NCBI GenBank assembly: GCA_946965045.2
Contig: OX337236.1
Coordinates: 1,860,001 to 1,924,000 of the forward strand
Reading direction: 5' to 3'
Length of the DNA: 64,000 bases
Source: Epithemia pelagica
Taxonomy: Eukaryota; Protista; Bacillariophyta
This document shows positions 61,243 through 64,000 of the stretch, in pieces. Every line of letters begins with the position of its first letter. Within the stretch, counting starts at the first letter, position 1. The position numbers were made by a program, and so were the translations under genes. The notes under the pieces were generated by a model. It was not told the origin of the DNA. It saw only the letters and a list, made by a program, of their open reading frames with translations, and did no database searches.

Positions 61243-63954
61243 TCAATGTTCGCGAGCAGACAATTCACGCCATTGTTCCGGCAACCACCTTTTACCGGAA
61301 ACCCCAAAGAAGCTTCGAAGCTGTGGTCTTGCAAGACAAGTCCATCCGCGCCTCTCTGATGGATTGACAGCAGGATGCCCACGGACAAGATAGGAATTGG
61401 GCAACGTGGCAGGTTGATTTGGAATCTCTTTCCCTTCCTTTAGTTGGTATCCATAGAGATCATATGTGACAACCCCTGACTTTACATCCTTTTGCCACAA
61501 ACAAACAAAAACATCGTACTCTGGAAATTTAGCAAACTTCGGGTAGTAAATAGAAACTTTGGGAAAGTTCCCCTCCCAGTGATGGTTCGAACAGATTTCA
61601 CCCAGTGCCTTCTGCAATTCTTCAAGATTCTTGACCATCGATATGGTCCGAGTGGCGGGCAATGGATAATTATAAAAGAGACTTGTCGAAATCGTCTTCA
61701 TTTCGAAACTCACAGTTGGGATGCACGAGACATCTCCAAAATTACCAGAAACATATCGCAACCAGAGAACAAGCAAAAACAAAGACTCCCATCCATCACC
61801 GCTTTCTTCTTTGCTCGTGCTCCAACTTTTCGCATCTTGTACGACTTGACTTTGCGATAGTCCGAAACGACCTTGGATTGAATCTGCAAGATTTCCCAAC
61901 AACTCCATCAAATAGCATGGTATCCAATAGCTTTTGCCATTGCCGTTATCCAAAAGTGCGTCAATATTCGTCCCTAGTGGCTCTCCGGAGAAGAAAGATC
62001 CCAAGACTCTTTGCAGCAAGTCGAAGTCCAATGTTGTACCACTACAAGCCCTCTCTGTACGACGGGCGATCTGCGCTTTCTCAGCGAGCCCTTCAACCGT
62101 AAGAGTTGTCACCAGCAATGCCGGAATGAGGCCGTAATAGAGAGCCATTCGCGGCGTGAGATCGGTGATACTTAGATTTTGTCTTGCACCTGATAGATCC
62201 TGAATCAGCGGTAAGGTTTTAACTTCCATGTCACGAAAGGAAAGGGACGGCAATGCTTTTTCTGGATTTGTTGAGCTCAAATGGGAAGAAAACACATAGT
62301 ATCTTCCTCGTTGGGTGAGAAAGTTCTCCTTCAAGAAAAGTACAATGTCTTTGTCCAACTCCACGTTGTTCAACTCGTCAATCAACAATACGACTTGGTT
62401 GGTCCCAAGAAAAGAAGACACCTCGTCTGCCGTGATGCTGTATTTCTTGAAGGCTTTAAAATCATCACTTATCGCACCTGTCCTTAAACTCGCTGGACGA
62501 GCATCAAACGCAATCCGCCGGCAAAGCATTTCAAGACTCGAGTCTCCTCTCAAAATCTCATAATCGCAATTGGAGAAGTCGTTGAATGAGACAAAGAGAG
62601 TTGGAATACACTGTTCGCGAAGTGCCTTTGCCAACTCGTAGAGTGCCCTCGTCTTCCCTCCCCTGGAGCAGCGAGCCAGGGAAGTGATTGGGACTCGGTA
62701 CGATCCATCGGCTGCATCCTCCTTCAGGCACAAATCCGTCACCCTCCCCACGATGTCATCAAGCCATCCTTCTTGGCTTACGAACGGAGGTGTGATCGGT
62801 TCAAGATGAGGAATTTCCAAGAGGTTCATCCACTGTTGAGCCGGAATGCGGATTCTTTTTGGCGGACTTGCCTCTGGCACTGTCCATTGCACGCTTCTAA
62901 GTTTTGAGTTAAAATAGTAGGTCCGCCCCTCGCCGTCTACCATTTCTTGCCATCCTTCTGGAAGGGGCGGTGAATCTGCCGGTTGAGCTGGAATGCGGAT
63001 TCTTTTTGGCGGATTAGCCTCAGGCACTGTCCATTGCACGCTTCCAAGTTTTGAGTTAAAATAGTAGGTCCGCCCCTCGCCGTCTACCATTTCTTGCCAT
63101 CCTTCTGGAAGGGGCGGTGAATCTGCCGGTTGCTCCTGCGATGCACTCATTCCTAGACATACTGTATCTTGATTGTGTTGTATAGTTGTTGTCGAGGTTG
63201 TTGTCGCTTCATGTACAATCATTTCGTCAGCTCCAACAGAAGCTGCACCCAGATCCACGTCTCCGGTCATAACGTCGATCTTCCGCCTCTTGCTAAGTCC
63301 CACATGTGATTTTCGTTTCTTGCGACCCGCCATGCCGCGGTGTTGTTGGTGATGCCACACTGGAACACGAGAAATGCTCGGAACTCCCAACAAGAGGGGA
63401 TTGGAGACTGCCATGGTTTGTGAAAAAGAACCACAAATTGTGTTTGGATGGTGACGGATGGTGGATCCACCCAGGGGCGAGGAGGAGAGCAGGATGGATG
63501 ATGAACAAGACGACGACAACGCCCGCACCGTGGTTCCGGCAAGACATGTTCCAAGTGTCCCAGCCGGGTTGCAGGATGCCACTATTCCAATCGTTTTGTT
63601 GGTCTTGGAATGGATCAATGGCAATGAAATCCTGTGGCGACACCAAACGCCAATCCCACGGGTGGCGGCGGCGGTGGTGGTGGCCATCATCATGGTGATG
63701 ATGATGATGGTGACTGCCTTGCCAGGAACAGAGGATGTCTCGAATGGTCTGGACCGACCATCATGCCGCGCGGAGATACCATGGCTGATGGCTGCCTGTC
63801 CGCTGTCCGCCTGACTTATTCCGCGACCGAAGAATTCTCTTCCGCGACCGACTACCACTACCCACTCTACCACCACCACGACACCCACCCACGACACTAA
63901 TGTTACTACTCCTATACTCCTACTCCCATGACCCAGAAAATGTTCTTGATCCAT
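61243..63954 (-). CDS. Chimeric gene (copy D), same fusion as copy C
   Basis: 903-aa open frame, junction at 63309, internal Met at 63150. Confidence 0.8.
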   Translation of the reverse strand: MDQEHFLGHGSRSIGVVTLVSWVGVVVVVEWVVVVGRGREFFGRGISQADSGQAAISHGISARHDGRSRPFETSSVPGKAVTIIIITMMMATTTAAATRGIGVWCRHRISLPLIHSKTNKTIGIVASCNPAGTLGTCLAGTTVRALSSSCSSSILLSSSPLGGSTIRHHPNTICGSFSQTMAVSNPLLLGVPSISRVPVWHHQQHRGMAGRKKRKSHVGLSKRRKIDVMTGDVDLGAASVGADEMIVHEATTTSTTTIQHNQDTVCLGMSASQEQPADSPPLPEGWQEMVDGEGRTYYFNSKLGSVQWTVPEANPPKRIRIPAQPADSPPLPEGWQEMVDGEGRTYYFNSKLRSVQWTVPEASPPKRIRIPAQQWMNLLEIPHLEPITPPFVSQEGWLDDIVGRVTDLCLKEDAADGSYRVPITSLARCSRGGKTRALYELAKALREQCIPTLFVSFNDFSNCDYEILRGDSSLEMLCRRIAFDARPASLRTGAISDDFKAFKKYSITADEVSSFLGTNQVVLLIDELNNVELDKDIVLFLKENFLTQRGRYYVFSSHLSSTNPEKALPSLSFRDMEVKTLPLIQDLSGARQNLSITDLTPRMALYYGLIPALLVTTLTVEGLAEKAQIARRTERACSGTTLDFDLLQRVLGSFFSGEPLGTNIDALLDNGNGKSYWIPCYLMELLGNLADSIQGRFGLSQSQVVQDAKSWSTSKEESGDGWESLFLLVLWLRYVSGNFGDVSCIPTVSFEMKTISTSLFYNYPLPATRTISMVKNLEELQKALGEICSNHHWEGNFPKVSIYYPKFAKFPEYDVFVCLWQKDVKSGVVTYDLYGYQLKEGKEIPNQPATLPNSYLVRGHPAVNPSERRGWTCLARPQLRSFFGVSGKRWLPEQWRELSAREH

Positions 63955-64000
63955 ACGATTGTTCTAGACGAAATAGTGGAACAAGATTTTCTAGCACAGC

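Larger units (their letters stand above)
51931..64000. repeat. Tandem array of a 5689-bp unit: 51931..57619, 57620..63308, 63309..beyond the window end
   Basis: Constant 5689 offset between matching ORFs (52716/58405, 55554/61243). The units differ by a few SNPs. Confidence 0.95.

Noticed and set aside
51931-64000. Tandem array and segmental duplicate as pure assembly artefacts
   Set aside because: Copies carry distinct SNPs and indels, precise novel junctions and TE insertions with correct TSDs. Long-read confirmation of copy number is still needed.

Overview
Eukaryotic nuclear DNA, most likely a pennate diatom. Evidence: spliceosomal introns, bipartite plastid presequences with ASAF-type motifs, and an Ambal-like LINE. 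Bases 1-17 kb are ordinary host genes: DIS3-type RNase, Ubl-WLM protease, ATG14/UVRAG-like, GOT1-like, plastid KARI, plastid PDH E2, fabZ and an LSMT-type SET gene. From 17 kb onward the window is a rearrangement hotspot with four main elements. (1) A complete 6971-bp TA-flanked IS630/Tc1/mariner-type transposon carrying three cargo genes, one a minimal SET-domain methyltransferase. (2) Four near-identical copies of a WW-WW + P-loop NTPase + PD-(D/E)xK nuclease (Crinkler/RHS-type) module, each with its 5' end at a duplication junction. Two independent junctions fuse the module in frame to host N-termini: plastid PDH E2 presequence plus lipoyl domains, and a mitochondrial-like presequence. (3) A duplicated PDH-fabZ-SET segment interrupted by a 5'-truncated LINE (20-bp TSD), which itself contains a 6-kb LTR element. 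(4) A 5689-bp tandem array that runs off the right end. CDC37, a TALE homeobox gene and two conserved hypothetical genes lie between these blocks. All alignments and motif calls were made by eye; no database searches were run.
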